The notes under the pieces are model-generated. The model made no database searches. It was given only the letters and a program-made list of their open reading frames with translations, and was not told the origin of the DNA. Shown here piece by piece: positions 62,566 through 64,000 of a stretch of 64,000 nucleotides of DNA. The stretch is from Takakia lepidozioides (taxonomy: Eukaryota > Plantae > Bryophyta), in NCBI GenBank assembly GCA_030704615.1, contig CM060734.1, positions 58,466,001 through 58,530,000 on the forward strand, in the 5' to 3' direction. Numbering within the stretch: the first letter of the stretch is position 1; every line of letters begins with the position of its first letter. Made by a program: the position numbers and the translations under genes.

Positions 62566-64000
62566 TCACCAGTAATCCCCACAAGAGCAACTTCCACCTT
62601 GGAAGTGGTGAAAGCGGTTCGAATCCCGTACAATAACTGCTCGTCCCACTATCTTTGATATGAACTTGGTGGCAGTGTGGCAGTCACCACACACCCGAAG
62701 GTTCTTGATCACGCGGATAGGTGTCCCAGGGGGTGTGCTGATGAGCCCAAAAGCAATGGCCAGCTTCTCACCATGGTGGCCAAGAGACAACTCCTTTTGC
62801 TCCTCCTCCACATCATGCAATACAAAGCGTGTGTCAGGCACGTACCCTGCCTCCTTCATCTGACCAAACAACCTCTCCAGCTCAGTATGAATTTCTTCAG
62901 TTTGCGGATGTGATCTGTCTTCTACAGCGAATTCATGCACCTTGTTGTTCAGCTCAATGCAGCTACGTCCGCGTTCCTTTCTGACACCTCTTTCCTCCAT
63001 CATTTCTCTCACCTTTGCTTTATCAGCCCACCTGCCAGCTGCAGCGTACATATTCGATAGCGTCACATATGATGGAGCATGCTGTGGATCTGCCTTGAGA
63101 CTGCATTTTGCAGCACGTTCTGCTAGCTCCATATTGCCATGAGCTCTGCAAGCACCAAGCAGGGCCCGCCAGACCCTGGCATCTGGTTCAATTGGCATTT
63201 GATTGATAAAGTCCTGTGCCTCATCCAGTCGCCCTGCACGCCCAAGAAGATCCACCATGCAGCCAAAATGCTCTACTGTAGGGGTGACACCATGATCTCG
63301 ACTCATGGAATCAAAGTACAGGCGGCCTTCATTGACTAGGCCTCCGTAGCTGCATGCAGAGAGAAGAGACATAAAGGTTATACTGTCTGGCTTCAAGCCT
63401 TCCTGTTGCATTTGCTCATAGATTTCAAAAGCCTCATCAGCATGCCCATGCTGGGCATATCCTGCGATCATGGCATTCCATGAGACAACATTTCTTTCAG
63501 CCATTTGTTTGAACACTTGATACGCATCCAGTAGGCTCCCACATTTAGCATACATGTCAAGAAGGGTAGTCTTCAAGTTAATACACCAGCCAATTCCAGC
63601 CTTGATGATGTCAGCATGGACTTGTTTGCCCTTTTCCAGAGCCCCTAGACTGGCACATGCATTGAGCACGCATATGAACGTAACCCTGTCAGGTATCACC
63701 CCTTCCAATTGCATTTCCTTGTACATTCTGAAAGCGTCTTCACCATGCCCATGCTGGACATAGCCTGCAATCATGGCATTCCATGAGACCACATTTCTTT
63801 CAGCCATTTTGTCAAACAATTGACGGGCATCTGTTAGGCTCCCACATTTGGCATACATATCAACAAGTGTGGTCTCCAAATTAATATATGACCCTATTCC
63901 AGCCTTGAGGATGTCAGCATGGACCCACTTTCCCTTTTCCAAGGCTCCTAGGCTGGCACATGCGTTGAGAACACAAATGAATGTGACCAAATCCGGCGTT
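62566..64000 (-). CDS. PLS-class PPR protein with E/E+/DYW domains (organellar RNA editing factor); 5' part outside the window
   Basis: P-L-S repeats (DMYAKCGSL, RNVVSWNAMIAGY), E domains, HGEKLA, CGDCH, terminal DYW. Confidence 0.96.
   Translation of the reverse strand, partial: TPDLVTFICVLNACASLGALEKGKWVHADILKAGIGSYINLETTLVDMYAKCGSLTDARQLFDKMAERNVVSWNAMIAGYVQHGHGEDAFRMYKEMQLEGVIPDRVTFICVLNACASLGALEKGKQVHADIIKAGIGWCINLKTTLLDMYAKCGSLLDAYQVFKQMAERNVVSWNAMIAGYAQHGHADEAFEIYEQMQQEGLKPDSITFMSLLSACSYGGLVNEGRLYFDSMSRDHGVTPTVEHFGCMVDLLGRAGRLDEAQDFINQMPIEPDARVWRALLGACRAHGNMELAERAAKCSLKADPQHAPSYVTLSNMYAAAGRWADKAKVREMMEERGVRKERGRSCIELNNKVHEFAVEDRSHPQTEEIHTELERLFGQMKEAGYVPDTRFVLHDVEEEQKELSLGHHGEKLAIAFGLISTPPGTPIRVIKNLRVCGDCHTATKFISKIVGRAVIVRDSNRFHHFQGGSCSCGDYW

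Overview
Eukaryotic land-plant genomic DNA, probably a bryophyte (inferred from the PLS-DYW PPR gene, the GT47 gene and the transposon repertoire). About 55 kb is nested transposable elements. Host genes: a bulb-type lectin, a GT47 exostosin-family glycosyltransferase, a probable BTB gene, a PPR-DYW gene and a CNGC 3' fragment. The main discovery is two divergently oriented, decayed copies of a Ty3/Gypsy retrotransposon. Each carries a DNMT3/DRM-like cytosine methyltransferase domain between protease and RT. Both copies have a UAG-CAA-CCA leaky-stop (readthrough) motif between the methyltransferase and RT. The more complete copy ends in an integrase-fused PHD finger and lies inside a TTAA-flanked, piggyBac-like element, whose empty site survives in a local segmental duplication. 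Also present: a Dualen/RandI-like LINE (RT, RNase H, CCHC, RLE), a DIRS-group tyrosine-recombinase retroelement, a fragmented Copia element, tRNA-derived SINEs, several MITEs, a repeat-embedded kinase pseudogene and a ~300-bp-arm hairpin. All calls were made by eye from motifs and self-comparison; no database searches were run.
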